From a virus (lineage: Duplodnaviria; Heunggongvirae; Uroviricota; Caudoviricetes), in IMG/VR virus record IMGVR_UViG_2541047708_000006: 58,959 nt of DNA; one strand, 5' to 3'. Positions 44,527 through 54,261 of this stretch are shown piece by piece (position 1 is the first letter of the stretch; every line of letters starts with the position of its first letter). The translations under genes and the position numbers were made by a program. A model generated the notes under the pieces. The model was not told the DNA's origin. It did no database searches and was given only the letters and a program-made list of their open reading frames with translations.

Positions 44527-45493
44527 GATCGATAAAACGAAATATCAGCTCCAGTTGGGAGCCATACTTCTCTTCAAATGTCACGGTATCCGCATGCAGC
44601 TCGTCGTGATGCTTTCTGCACAAAGGCAACACAAAGAGATCATGCGCTTTTGTACCCATTCCACCCTGACCGTGGCCTATCAGGTGGTGGGGATCATCAG
44701 CTGGCTTTCCACAACATGCGCACGGCTGCGTCTTAACCCAGCGCGTGTACTTTTCATTAACCCAGCGGCGACGTTTGGGGCGTAACATAAAAAACTCCGG
44801 CGACTCCGGATCCACTTTCAGCGCCAGCACCTTTTTCGCTTTATCCTGGATGATGCTGGTGGCAGGAACCGAAGGCACAAGGTCACTTTCCCGGGTGACA
44901 GATGGCACAACAGGCTTCGGTAATCTCAGTGCCTTACGGGCTGCACTTTCCGGTAAGGCATCCGCCAAATCATTACGAACCAGCCACCAGCACAGTTCCG
45001 GCATTGTCACAACGTGACTGTCATCAAAACCGAGATCCCGACGCACGACAGACAACACCCAGCGGGCACAGTTATCCGTTGCCATTGATTCCAGCCGTTC
45101 CGTGAACTGGTCACGCAGCTGGTTATCGCAGTGCCAGCACAGACGAATTGCTCCCGGAGCGTGCCGCATTGTGGTCATGTTCTCGCTGTGCCAGTCGGAA
45201 TGAGGCCACTGACAGCCCTTTTCACGAAGTAACCAGCTTTCAAGACATTCCACGCCACCAGCACGACGGATCACTGCCTCATTGCGGAACACGGCCCGAA
45301 CGGCAGGATCATCCGCCAGCGGTTGTGATGCCGCCGGAACGGCACCACTGGCGAAAGATGAATAACGTTCCGGCTCAGGCTCCAGCAGGACACGCCCCTG
45401 CATAAACAGGGGCATCAGCTCTGAACCTGGCCTGAACAATACAATCCCCATACGCGGGGCAATTTCAGGGGTCAGTAGTGCTCTCACGGTCAC
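44498..45493 (-). CDS. DUF968-like protein with C-terminal HNH-like Cys/His motif
   Basis: CACCGKPADDPHHL...CRKHHDELH at C-terminus. Confidence 0.7.
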   Translation of the reverse strand: MTVRALLTPEIAPRMGIVLFRPGSELMPLFMQGRVLLEPEPERYSSFASGAVPAASQPLADDPAVRAVFRNEAVIRRAGGVECLESWLLREKGCQWPHSDWHSENMTTMRHAPGAIRLCWHCDNQLRDQFTERLESMATDNCARWVLSVVRRDLGFDDSHVVTMPELCWWLVRNDLADALPESAARKALRLPKPVVPSVTRESDLVPSVPATSIIQDKAKKVLALKVDPESPEFFMLRPKRRRWVNEKYTRWVKTQPCACCGKPADDPHHLIGHGQGGMGTKAHDLFVLPLCRKHHDELHADTVTFEEKYGSQLELIFRFIDRALAIGVLA

Positions 45494-45494
45494 C

Positions 45495-46292
45495 TCAATG
45501 AACGGTATCGAGCAGCTTTAACAGCTCAGGGAATCGGGATTCGAAGAAATGCGGCTGCGTCTCGCGCGGATTTGCGGGACTGGTGATGTTCTTGCCGAAC
45601 ATGCAACCTTTCGCTGTCAGCGACCAGAATTTTTTGATGTTGTTAATCGCGGTACGGCTGTATCGTTCGCGCTGCTCGACGATCCCCGGTTTCACCATCT
45701 GGTGATATGCCTGATTAGCCGTCAGGCGGATACCATACTGTTTCAGCAGTGCACTCAGTGACAGTGTCGGGCGACTTGAGCCATCGTGTGCATCAGCAGG
45801 AGCATCAATGGCATAGCGCGGTGCCAGATTCGGTAAGCCAACAGCCTCCTGGAGTTTCTGACAGGCACCAAGCACTGATGAGTTAGACAGGTTTAATTCC
45901 CGGCGCATAAAGTCCAGCAGGATCACGCCAGCCTGCATCTTGTCAGCAGCCTGCCCGGATAATTTTTCCGGTGTGCTGGTTACCATATCGAAAGTACGGA
46001 TCACCTTCAGATGGAATGACGGGCTGATCCACATTGCATAGGCATACACCAGTTCTTTGCAGACATACGTCCCCTGGTTATTTCCGCCACGAATAACGTT
46101 AACTGGCTCTATATTGACCGAGTTGCAAATCTGCAACTCGCTTATTAAACGTTCAGTTTGCTCATTGCGGAGCCAGAATGCAGGCTTATGCTTATCCAGA
46201 GAACCGGCAGCCCTGTGCAGATCGTTCAGGCTGTAACGCCCATAAGCATCACGACGAACTTCAATACCATCAATAACCATCAGATTATTCAT
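45495..46292 (-). CDS. KilA-N domain protein (antirepressor-like)
   Basis: N-terminal ...YGRYSLNDLHRAAG... KilA-N-like. Confidence 0.7.
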   Translation of the reverse strand: MNNLMVIDGIEVRRDAYGRYSLNDLHRAAGSLDKHKPAFWLRNEQTERLISELQICNSVNIEPVNVIRGGNNQGTYVCKELVYAYAMWISPSFHLKVIRTFDMVTSTPEKLSGQAADKMQAGVILLDFMRRELNLSNSSVLGACQKLQEAVGLPNLAPRYAIDAPADAHDGSSRPTLSLSALLKQYGIRLTANQAYHQMVKPGIVEQRERYSRTAINNIKKFWSLTAKGCMFGKNITSPANPRETQPHFFESRFPELLKLLDTVH

Positions 46293-46311
46293 ACTTCGTT
46301 TCTCCTCTTAA

Positions 46312-46701
46312 TCAGGCGGCTGCACCCGCCGGTTTCTCATACTTACTGATAGTGATCTCGACCTTCCCTTCCGGGATAACCGGTCCCCACTCCACCAGCA
46401 TTCTTTTCACCTGACTGTCGTCTTCCCACACACCCACGTGGGTCAGGGCGTCAAACAGCGCCTTGTTATAGTTGTCCAGATCGCGGATCCGGTTATCCGG
46501 AGGAAACAACACGATCTCCACTGAAGCAGGTGCCGACGTTGGTTTCGGCAGACGACGTAACTGCTCAACTATTGCTGCGCACGCCGCGCTCTGGAATTTT
46601 CGCCCCGCCGCGCTTATCAGGCTCTTACCAGCAAACGCCCCTTTGTTAGGGTGTCGCCAGTACGTGTTCACGCTGGGCGGAAAAGGCAGGATCAGCTTCA
46701 T
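46312..46701 (-). CDS. rusA: Holliday junction resolvase RusA
   Basis: 129 aa; conserved IRDLDNYNKALFDAL acidic motif. Confidence 0.85.
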   Translation of the reverse strand: MKLILPFPPSVNTYWRHPNKGAFAGKSLISAAGRKFQSAACAAIVEQLRRLPKPTSAPASVEIVLFPPDNRIRDLDNYNKALFDALTHVGVWEDDSQVKRMLVEWGPVIPEGKVEITISKYEKPAGAAA

Positions 46702-47057
46702 ACTTTCAGGCCCCTCTCATGTAACCAGTGGGCTGCACGCAGCCTGGCGTTTTCCTCACCGGCAAGCAGTGCGCAGATAATCCCGACCGCCTCGCTGTCG
46801 TCGTCCTTCACAGCGGTATGAAGCGTTATCCCCCGTGCCACGCCACGCTTTATCGTGATGACGCCTTTTTTCTCCAGTGCGCGAAGATGCTCCACCGCTG
46901 CATTCACCGAACGGTATCCCAGCATGGTTGCCACCTCCTGATTGGTTGGCGGAAAGCCACGCTCTTTCTGATAAGAAATCAGCATATCCAGCACCTGCTG
47001 CTGGCATTGAGTTAACGTCGTCATTACGCCCCCACGTAATTCCCTGACAGATACCAC
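46698..47057 (-). CDS. LexA-N-terminal-like winged-helix DNA-binding protein
   Basis: ...LTQCQQQVLDMLISYQKERGFPPTNQEVATMLGYRSVNAAVEHLRALEKKGVI... resembles LexA DNA-binding domain; no protease domain. Confidence 0.55.
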   Translation of the reverse strand: MVSVRELRGGVMTTLTQCQQQVLDMLISYQKERGFPPTNQEVATMLGYRSVNAAVEHLRALEKKGVITIKRGVARGITLHTAVKDDDSEAVGIICALLAGEENARLRAAHWLHERGLKV

Positions 47058-47518
47058 TCTTCACCCGATGCAGCGCGCTTGCTGCTTTTCTGTAAGCACT
47101 GCTCACGACGCGCCAGAAAATTGTTTCGTTCTGGCTGGGAGTGGCTTTCACGGAATGCCGCCATCCACACGGTTGCAGCACGACGGTATAAGCCCCTTGA
47201 CTCCAGTTCTTCAGCCTGGCGGGTCAGGCACAAAATCACCCGGGGATCGTTAGTGCCGACATAGAAATTGCGCACAGGTCTGGTTTCACGAACTGGTTGT
47301 GGTTCCGGCTCCTGCGCTCTCTCAGTCAGGCGCGGGAAATGTCTGCGTGTATCTCCTTCACAACGGTGAGCCACACGCCCACTCTGACGTAACTTGCTTG
47401 CAGACTGCAGAACGCGCTGCCGTGAGTAACCTGCAAAAGCATCCGCAATGTCTCCGGAAGTACACCCAGGATGGGCTTCAATGAATTTCTGAACGTCATT
47501 TAACAGACTCATGATCAC
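47024..47518 (-). CDS. Hypothetical replication-region protein (P-like position)
   Basis: 164 aa ORF directly downstream of O-like gene. Confidence 0.5.
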   Translation of the reverse strand: MIMSLLNDVQKFIEAHPGCTSGDIADAFAGYSRQRVLQSASKLRQSGRVAHRCEGDTRRHFPRLTERAQEPEPQPVRETRPVRNFYVGTNDPRVILCLTRQAEELESRGLYRRAATVWMAAFRESHSQPERNNFLARREQCLQKSSKRAASGEEWYLSGNYVGA

Positions 47519-48441
47519 CCCCTGAATCCTGCCGGGATCTGGCTGTAGTCCACGTTGTCGTAACTGGATTTGAAGTACGGGTCTTCGCGTTTTTCGGTGT
47601 ACGTGCTGACGGACGGCGATAAGCGCAGGGAAAGCTCATCCCATTTTTCCCGCAGCTTCGACGGGCTGAGCACGTTACGGCACCAGAACGGATCGCGACT
47701 GACGCGGCTGTACATCTCGCAGATTTGTTTATGATTACGACCATCCTGCACACACATCAGGCGAATTTCGTTTGCCCAGGCTGTCCAGTTCGGTTCTTTG
47801 GGACGAACCACCTCGCCGTCACATTCGGCGGCCTGCTCGTACAGGGCGATGATTTTTTTCCAGAGCCACTGTGCGCAGGTCAAATCATCCTGCGTTCCCC
47901 ACTGGCGCTTTTTAGGGCTGAATACAACCGCATCAGGATGACGAGTTAAAAAATCCTGTTCAGCCGTCTTCGTGTCCGGTTGCGGAGCGTCCGGACGAGA
48001 AGGTTTTTTATCTGACGGATCATGTTTTGATTTTACTGACGGATCCCCGCCAGATTCTGACGGGTGAAAACCCGCTTTTTTGCCAGATTTCGACGCATCA
48101 AATTTTGACGGGTCAGATTTTGACGGGTCAGAATCTGACAGTTGAGAAAATGCCGCTGCCTGAAGCTTCGCAACGTTAAGCTGATAAACATTCGACGCAT
48201 TGCGGTTACCCTGGCGACGCGCCTTACGCGTTAACCAGCCTTCTGCTTCCAGCCGTGCGATAGCCGTTCTGACGGTACTCATCCCTGCGCCAATCTGACG
48301 GGCAATGGTTTCAATTGATGGCCAGCACACACCTTCGTCATTACTGAAATCAGCCAGGCGGGCCATAATTGCCACGCTGGATAACTTCATGCCTGATGCA
48401 GCGCAACCATCCCATACATAGCCGGTTAATTTAGTGCTCAT
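47515..48441 (-). CDS. Replication initiator (O-like, N-terminal HTH) containing internal ori iterons
   Basis: 308 aa; N-terminal HTH; central repetitive DPSK linker encoded by DNA iterons. Confidence 0.75.
   Translation of the reverse strand: MSTKLTGYVWDGCAASGMKLSSVAIMARLADFSNDEGVCWPSIETIARQIGAGMSTVRTAIARLEAEGWLTRKARRQGNRNASNVYQLNVAKLQAAAFSQLSDSDPSKSDPSKFDASKSGKKAGFHPSESGGDPSVKSKHDPSDKKPSRPDAPQPDTKTAEQDFLTRHPDAVVFSPKKRQWGTQDDLTCAQWLWKKIIALYEQAAECDGEVVRPKEPNWTAWANEIRLMCVQDGRNHKQICEMYSRVSRDPFWCRNVLSPSKLREKWDELSLRLSPSVSTYTEKREDPYFKSSYDNVDYSQIPAGFRG
48010..48140. repeat. Iterons within O-like gene (CTGACGG(A/G)TC repeats), candidate prophage origin
   Basis: At least 6 copies of TGACGG-containing repeat in about 130 bp. 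Confidence 0.6.
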
Positions 48442-48450
48442 GACCGACCT

Positions 48451-48789
48451 CTATTTCCCTGAATTTACGACGAAACTGTTCGAGCGGACTGAAGCATTCA
48501 TGCTCATAACCTTCGCGGAGGTAGATAACCCGTTGTGTTTCCGGCTCCCAACGAATGACTCTGACGGGCACTCCGTAGTGATCTTTGAACCAGCGGTTAA
48601 CTTGTCGCAAAGGACTGTCTCCTTCTGCCGGTTGAAATCACCCACAGCCCACTCTGCAAAGCTGTGGGTTACAATTTCCCTGTCACCTGGTACATTCACT
48701 GCATAGCAATATTCCACCTTCGCTTTTCCACCCGGTACAGGAAGCGCAATCAGTTGCGAGCGACGGTAGTGTGTTGTTAAACTGTTCAT
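48451..48789 (-). CDS. Hypothetical protein
   Basis: 112 aa ORF in early-right operon. Confidence 0.5.
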   Translation of the reverse strand: MNSLTTHYRRSQLIALPVPGGKAKVEYCYAVNVPGDREIVTHSFAEWAVGDFNRQKETVLCDKLTAGSKITTECPSESFVGSRKHNGLSTSAKVMSMNASVRSNSFVVNSGK

Positions 48790-49043
48790 GCGTTAGTTTC
48801 TCCACAACCAGAAGCAATCGACGCCACGACGCCCGGAGCTGCACACTCGCGGGCGTCATTACTTTCTGAAATGCAAAAAATTTTGTAGACAAGTGCTGCA
48901 TGCTCCTGCAGCTTCGAAATTGAGAGATACAGCTCGTCGTTAATTGCTGTCTTCTCATGCGGTTCCACTACACCGTCTTCGATTGCTGAACGAATCTGTT
49001 TTGAATAACTGCCGATCTCTACTTTCCAGTGATGCTTACCCAC
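48786..49043 (-). CDS. Hypothetical protein (cII position)
   Basis: 85 aa ORF directly downstream of cro-like gene. Confidence 0.5.
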   Translation of the reverse strand: MGKHHWKVEIGSYSKQIRSAIEDGVVEPHEKTAINDELYLSISKLQEHAALVYKIFCISESNDARECAAPGVVASIASGCGETNA

Positions 49044-49046
49044 GGT

Positions 49047-49295
49047 TCACCTCCTGTTCCTGTGGTTTAAACCCATTCTGGTTTTGGCTAGATTGAAAAC
49101 GTGCCGGATAAAGAATTTGCATTTCGCTGACTTCACCATTAAAAAATTGGCTAAACGTTCTGCAAGCTCGATAGATGGAATCTGCTCCAGCCTCTCAATA
49201 CGACTCAATGTCGCTGGATTGACTTGAACACCCGCAGCAACATGCTGCAAAGTGAAACCATGCGCCTTACGCACATTTCGTAATGGTGATTGCAT
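49047..49295 (-). CDS. cro: Cro-like HTH regulator
   Basis: 82 aa XRE-type HTH (GFTLQHVAAGVQVNPATLSRIE), divergent from CI gene. Confidence 0.75.
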   Translation of the reverse strand: MQSPLRNVRKAHGFTLQHVAAGVQVNPATLSRIERLEQIPSIELAERLANFLMVKSAKCKFFIRHVFNLAKTRMGLNHRNRR

Positions 49296-49392
49296 ATACC
49301 CTCCAAATATTGCGCGTTATGCATGTTATTTCACGCAATTATTTTGCGCAAGTTGATTTGCTTATCACGCAATAAAGAAATGTAATAAACGC
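49296..49392. promoter_or_regulatory. Divergent CI/Cro operator-promoter region (oR-like)
   Basis: 97 bp AT-rich intergenic with repeated TTGCGC/GCGCAA half-sites. Confidence 0.5.
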
Positions 49393-50085
49393 ATGAACAT
49401 AGGAAACCGAGTCAGACAACTTCGCCAAGCGAAGAACATGAAAATCGCCGATCTCGCTGAAGCAATAGGAGTAGATGCGGCGAACATCTCGCGCTTAGAA
49501 ACGGGTAAGCAAAAACAATTTACCGAACAAACACTGAGTAATATTGCCAAGAGCTTAGGTGTTGATATTGCTGATCTCTTTACCTCTGCCCTCAAAAGTA
49601 ATACTGTATATAAAAACAGTAATAATGAGGATGTTGCGCAGGTGAAGGATGTGTTCCGTATTGAAATGCTGGATATCAGTGCCAGTGCGGGAAATGGCCT
49701 TATCCAGGGCGGTGATGTCATTGATGTGATTCATGCCATCGAATACAGAACTGATAATGCTGTATCAATGTTCGGCGGACGACCGGCCAATCACATCAAA
49801 GTTATCAACGTTCGTGGGGACAGTATGTGTCCAACCATTGAGCCAGGAGATCTCATCTTCGTTGATGTCAGCATCAATCAGTTTGATGGTGATGGTATAT
49901 ATGTCTTTGGTTTTGATGACAAAATATACGTTAAAAGACTTCAAATGATTCCTGACAAACTGCTGGTGATTTCTGATAACCAGATTTACCGTGAATGGGG
50001 AATTACTAGCGAAAACGAACACCGATTCATGGTCTTTGGAAAGGTCTTAATCAGTCAGTCGCAAACCCTTAAGAGACATAATTAA
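49393..50085 (+). CDS. cI: CI-type repressor (HTH plus S24/LexA-like peptidase domain)
   Basis: N-terminal HTH; C-terminal VRGDSM serine motif and later Lys; 230 aa. Confidence 0.9.
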   Translation: MNIGNRVRQLRQAKNMKIADLAEAIGVDAANISRLETGKQKQFTEQTLSNIAKSLGVDIADLFTSALKSNTVYKNSNNEDVAQVKDVFRIEMLDISASAGNGLIQGGDVIDVIHAIEYRTDNAVSMFGGRPANHIKVINVRGDSMCPTIEPGDLIFVDVSINQFDGDGIYVFGFDDKIYVKRLQMIPDKLLVISDNQIYREWGITSENEHRFMVFGKVLISQSQTLKRHN

Positions 50086-50104
50086 CCTCAATATCCCATC
50101 CATC

Positions 50105-50127
50105 GGCCACTGAAAGGTGGCTTTTTA
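50105..50127 (+). terminator. Terminator after cI
   Basis: GCCAC-TGAAAG-GTGGC then T5. Confidence 0.6.
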
Positions 50128-50149
50128 TTACCCATCATTTTGCATATTT

Positions 50150-50186
50150 CGCAAATGCCACTTGCATATCTCGCAATTTAATTTTA
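50150..50186. promoter_or_regulatory. Operator-like direct repeats (TTGCATATTTCGCAA / TTGCATATCTCGCAA), candidate oL
   Basis: Two 15 bp near-identical units with TTGC...GCAA ends. Confidence 0.45.
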
Positions 50187-50351
50187 TCTTTTGTTCCAGA
50201 CCAACTACAGGATTACAACAAAATCTGGTTGCAACACGGTGCACGGTGCATGTGTCGTAAGCGGTCAGTAAATGTCAAAAACGAACAGGCAGGACGCCCA
50301 CGAAGTAGCCGCCTGGGGCATATGAAGTCCAGGATGATTCGTTAGCAACAA

Positions 50352-50385
50352 AAAAGCGCCCTATAGGACGCTTCGCTCTTTAACA
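50352..50385 (-). terminator. Terminator for minus-strand moron
   Basis: Imperfect palindrome AGCGTCCTATAGGGCGCT followed by T-run on minus strand. Confidence 0.55.
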
Positions 50386-50399
50386 ATCTGGATGACTTA

Positions 50400-50912
50400 T
50401 TACTCAGATTTGAACTTTGGTTCTGGCAAAAGAGGAGGAGTTGAGTCCTCGAATCGTAGCCAGTGCTCCCAGATATCGTGGGATTGTAATTCCAGAAGAC
50501 CAATTTGACGTGATGCAACTGCAGTGCCAGCTATAGTTCCTCCTACATAATCAACCTGGACGGACTTTGACGCTTTCTCAATTAATTCTGTCCAAGCTTC
50601 ACTTTCCGCGTTAAAAGAAGCAGTTAATTCCTGCAGACGCTGTGGATCATCCTTGTTGTCTTGTTTCAAACGATTCAGGGCGGCCACCGAATACTTATTC
50701 TTAACCCAACTAACCTGAGCTAACTGAACTCTCTGACAAGCGTCCATATCAGTAGTTGTTTCCTGAGGCATATCAAAGCAGGAAATAAAAAAAGTCTCAA
50801 CACCATCATTTAGACTACTGCTCGGCTGGTTCAAAGCATCAGAAGCATTGGATGCTATCGGTATTATCAGTGCTACCGACAGAATCAAACGTTTAACATA
50901 AATCGCTCCCAT
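50400..50912 (-). CDS. Secreted/periplasmic protein of unknown function (moron)
   Basis: 170 aa with N-terminal signal peptide (LILSVALIIPIASNASDA); opposite strand to surrounding operon; own terminator. Confidence 0.6.
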   Translation of the reverse strand: MGAIYVKRLILSVALIIPIASNASDALNQPSSSLNDGVETFFISCFDMPQETTTDMDACQRVQLAQVSWVKNKYSVAALNRLKQDNKDDPQRLQELTASFNAESEAWTELIEKASKSVQVDYVGGTIAGTAVASRQIGLLELQSHDIWEHWLRFEDSTPPLLPEPKFKSE

Positions 50913-51379
50913 TTAATTATCCCCTCTAAGAACAGAGTCATCCAGATTAGCCGAATCCTTGTTGTTGGGGAATAACCAGGCCCACCTCGCCTGATGTGGC
51001 TAAAAGCAGGCACATAACAGCTAAGTATTTTCAACCAGAGAGAATCCTTAGCGTTGTGGTGAATGCGGCTCAGCGCACGCGGGTTAAGGTTGAGGCTGAC
51101 AGTCGACCTTCTGTGGATACCCACCCGCCTGGTGTGCAACCTTCGCCAGGCACCGGGAGGCCCCGGCACCACAACTTTATGCTGTGTGTAGTCCTGGCGG
51201 TACCAGCTTGTACCCTTGCTTCCGGCTGGTACCGCTCTTTTTACAAAACAGAGAAGAGCATCACCGGACGACGGGCTCATAACCCAATCCACCCGGGCGG
51301 CTGCCACCGCAGGTGTTCTTCTCTGTTTTGTGGAGAAACCAACCGACCTTGCAGGGTCGATATGATGAGGAGCAGCAAA

Positions 51380-51742
51380 ATGGCTAGCGAACGCAGTACC
51401 AACGTGCAGGAATTTATCGGGGAGCTGGACGGCGGCGTATTTGAAACCAAAATCGGCGCAGTTCTCAGTGAAGTCGCTTCCGGTGTGATGAACACGAAAA
51501 CCAAAGGTAAGGTCTCGCTCAACCTGGAAATCGAACCGTTTGATGAGAACCGTGTGAAAATAAAACACAAACTCTCATATGTTCGTCCGACTAACCGCGG
51601 GAAAATTTCCGAAGAAGACACCACCGAAACGCCGATGTATGTCAATCGCGGTGGTCGCCTGACTATTCTGCAGGAAGACCAGGGACAATTACTGACTCTT
51701 GCCGGTGAACCTGACGGAAAACTCCGCGCAGCAGGTCATTAA
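51380..51742 (+). CDS. YfdP-like protein
   Basis: Start placed at MASERSTNVQEF; upstream part of the long ORF has junk-like composition; similarity to CPS-53 YfdP is recalled, not searched. Confidence 0.6.
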   Translation: MASERSTNVQEFIGELDGGVFETKIGAVLSEVASGVMNTKTKGKVSLNLEIEPFDENRVKIKHKLSYVRPTNRGKISEEDTTETPMYVNRGGRLTILQEDQGQLLTLAGEPDGKLRAAGH

Positions 51743-51807
51743 TATCGTTCTTAATTAACTGATTATTTATCTCATCACTGAATATCTTTATATAGTGAGG
51801 ACTTATT

Positions 51808-52632
51808 ATGTCTCAGAACTTAGACGCAACCGCAATTAATCAAATCCATGCCCTTATTTCTGCTCAGGGTGTTAATGAAATTATCAGTAAGATTGGTGCC
51901 GACGCAGTGGCATTACCTGAAAATTTCCGCATTCATGATCTGGAAAAATTTAATTTAAATCGCTTCCGTTTCCGTGGTGCGCTTTCCACTGCCAGCATCG
52001 ATGACTTTACCCGTTATTCTAAAGATCTTGCGGATGAAGGCACCCGCTGCTTTATCGATGCCGATAATATGCGTGCCGTCAGTGTGCTTAACCTGGGTAC
52101 TATTGATGAGTCTGGTCACGCAGATAACACCGCCACTCTCAAACTGAAAAAGACAGCACCGTTCTCTGCTCTGTTGTCTGTTAACGGCGAGCGTAACTCC
52201 CAGAAGTCACTGGCAGAATGGATTGAAGACTGGGCCGACTACCTTGTGGGCTTTGATGCTAATGGTGATGCCATTCAGGCAACAAAAGCGGCTGCGGCAG
52301 TCCGTAAAATCACGATTGAAGCAAACCAGACCGCTGATTTTGAAGACAATGACTTCAGCGGCAAACGCTCCCTGATGGAGTCTGTCGAAGCGAAGACCAA
52401 AGATATTATGCCAGTGGCATTTGAATTTAAATGCGTTCCGTTTGAAGGCCTGAAAGAACGTCCGTTTAAATTACGCCTCAGCATTATCACTGGCGATCGT
52501 CCTGTACTGGTTCTGCGCATTATTCAGCTGGAAGCAGTGCAGGAAGAAATGGCTAACGAATTTCGTGATCTGCTTGTTGAGAAATTCAAGGACAGCAAAG
52601 TAGAAACCTTTATTGGTACTTTTACCGCCTGA
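51808..52632 (+). CDS. YfdQ-like (DUF2303-like) protein
   Basis: 274 aa ORF with RBS; family assignment from recall. Confidence 0.65.
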   Translation: MSQNLDATAINQIHALISAQGVNEIISKIGADAVALPENFRIHDLEKFNLNRFRFRGALSTASIDDFTRYSKDLADEGTRCFIDADNMRAVSVLNLGTIDESGHADNTATLKLKKTAPFSALLSVNGERNSQKSLAEWIEDWADYLVGFDANGDAIQATKAAAAVRKITIEANQTADFEDNDFSGKRSLMESVEAKTKDIMPVAFEFKCVPFEGLKERPFKLRLSIITGDRPVLVLRIIQLEAVQEEMANEFRDLLVEKFKDSKVETFIGTFTA

Positions 52633-52759
52633 TTTCATTACTGCAAATGCCCCTGCGGGGGCATTTATGGAAACGTAATTGACTCAATAATCGCCGGATG
52701 GTGAGGGCTTTCTTTTACCAGAATTCAGCGCGGTGCAGCGCATATACGTGGAGAACAAA

Positions 52760-53284
52760 ATGTCATTTATTAAAACTTTTTCCGGGAAGCATTTTTATTA
52801 TGACAGGATAAATAAAGACGACATCGTTATTAACGATATCGCGGTTTCTCTTTCAAATATCTGTCGCTTTGCAGGACATCTTTCACATTTCTACAGCGTC
52901 GCCCAACATGCGGTGCTTTGCAGCCAACTGGTACCGCAGGAATTTGCTTTTGAAGCGTTAATGCATGATGCAACAGAAGCGCATTGCCAGGACATCCCGG
53001 CGCCACTGAAACGCCTTCTTCCTGACTATAAACGGATGGAAGAAAAAATAGACGCCGTAATCCGTGAGAAATACGGGTTACCCCCGGTTATGAGTACGCC
53101 CGTGAAATATGCCGATCTCATCATGCTGGCAACCGAACGCCGCGATCTCGGGCTTGATGATGGCTCTTTCTGGCCCGTACTGGAAGGTATCCCGGCAACA
53201 GAGATGTTCAAAGTTATTCCACTGTCGCCAGGCCATACCTATGGGATGTTTATGGAACGCTTTAAAGAGTTAACTGAGTCGTAA
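52760..53284 (+). CDS. HD-domain protein (YfdR-like 5'-deoxynucleotidase)
   Basis: H...H and HD motifs (AGHLSHFYSVAQHAV, LMHDATEAH); RBS GGAG before ATG 52760. Confidence 0.7.
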   Translation: MSFIKTFSGKHFYYDRINKDDIVINDIAVSLSNICRFAGHLSHFYSVAQHAVLCSQLVPQEFAFEALMHDATEAHCQDIPAPLKRLLPDYKRMEEKIDAVIREKYGLPPVMSTPVKYADLIMLATERRDLGLDDGSFWPVLEGIPATEMFKVIPLSPGHTYGMFMERFKELTES

Positions 53285-53392
53285 AAATCAGCACGTACGA
53301 ATTCAAACTCTGCCATAAAAGAACATATAAGTAATTTATTAACATATAGATATAGGTTATATTACAAATTGAAAAATTATTGGAGAGCAACA

Positions 53393-54259
53393 ATGAATCA
53401 AAATCCATTCTCATTCTATGACTTTCTTGGATATTTAATACCAGGTGGTTTTTTTATCCTATTAATGTATTTCTGTGGTTTGACATTCGATCTAGATATT
53501 GTTATTGACTTAAGTGAATTGCTCAGAGGTCAAAGTCAAATCTTTGGCATTTTGAACTACGCTTCAATAGTTATTATATCTTATATAGCTGGACATTTTA
53601 TTTCTATCACATCAGCATTTTTTATCGAAAAATACATGAATAAAGAATTAGGATATCCTTCCAAATATCTATTTAAAAAATTGATAGATACCTCAGAAAG
53701 CATTTGTAGCCCATCATGCGATGAGAGAAGCGCTGATAAAAAAACAAAAATAAAGAATCGCATAATCAAATGCGTATTATGTCCAATAATACTATGGGAT
53801 TTTATAACACAAAAACTATGTTATTCTCAATCTCTACCATTTCATTTAGCTAATACAACATGGTTAATGATCAAAGAAGGTTATGAGAAAAAGTTCATAA
53901 CAAATCGCCAATTATTACAAGATAAAAACGGACTTGATGATGATCTCTTCAGATTGGCATATCATTATGTTTATGAGTTTTCAAAACAACATCAAACAAA
54001 AATTCAAAACTATGTTGCATTATATGGTTTTTGCAGAAACATATGTTTAATCTTTATAATTTCATTTTGGGTATCAGTTCCAACCTTTATTTATCGATTA
54101 TGTACTCATAGTGATTATCTTTATAGTTTACTTTCAATAATGCTTAGCTTTTTCTTCGTCTATGTTTTCTATGTTGGTTTTGTTAAATTTTATAGAAGAT
54201 ATACTTTAGAAGTATTAATGGCATTTGCTGTACTTCAAAGTAACGACACTATTCGTTAA
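53393..54259 (+). CDS. AT-rich multi-pass membrane protein of unknown function
   Basis: Hydrophobic helices at both ends; GGAGAG RBS 5 nt before ATG 53393; low GC. Confidence 0.65.
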   Translation: MNQNPFSFYDFLGYLIPGGFFILLMYFCGLTFDLDIVIDLSELLRGQSQIFGILNYASIVIISYIAGHFISITSAFFIEKYMNKELGYPSKYLFKKLIDTSESICSPSCDERSADKKTKIKNRIIKCVLCPIILWDFITQKLCYSQSLPFHLANTTWLMIKEGYEKKFITNRQLLQDKNGLDDDLFRLAYHYVYEFSKQHQTKIQNYVALYGFCRNICLIFIISFWVSVPTFIYRLCTHSDYLYSLLSIMLSFFFVYVFYVGFVKFYRRYTLEVLMAFAVLQSNDTIR

Positions 54260-54261
54260 TA

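Noticed and set aside
50996-51379. N-terminal 128-codon extension of the yfdP-like ORF, and a 227-aa minus-strand ORF at 50885-51568
   Set aside because: Junk-like composition in a GC-rich structured region; a credible start with conserved N-terminus exists at 51380; treated as non-coding and flagged as a finding
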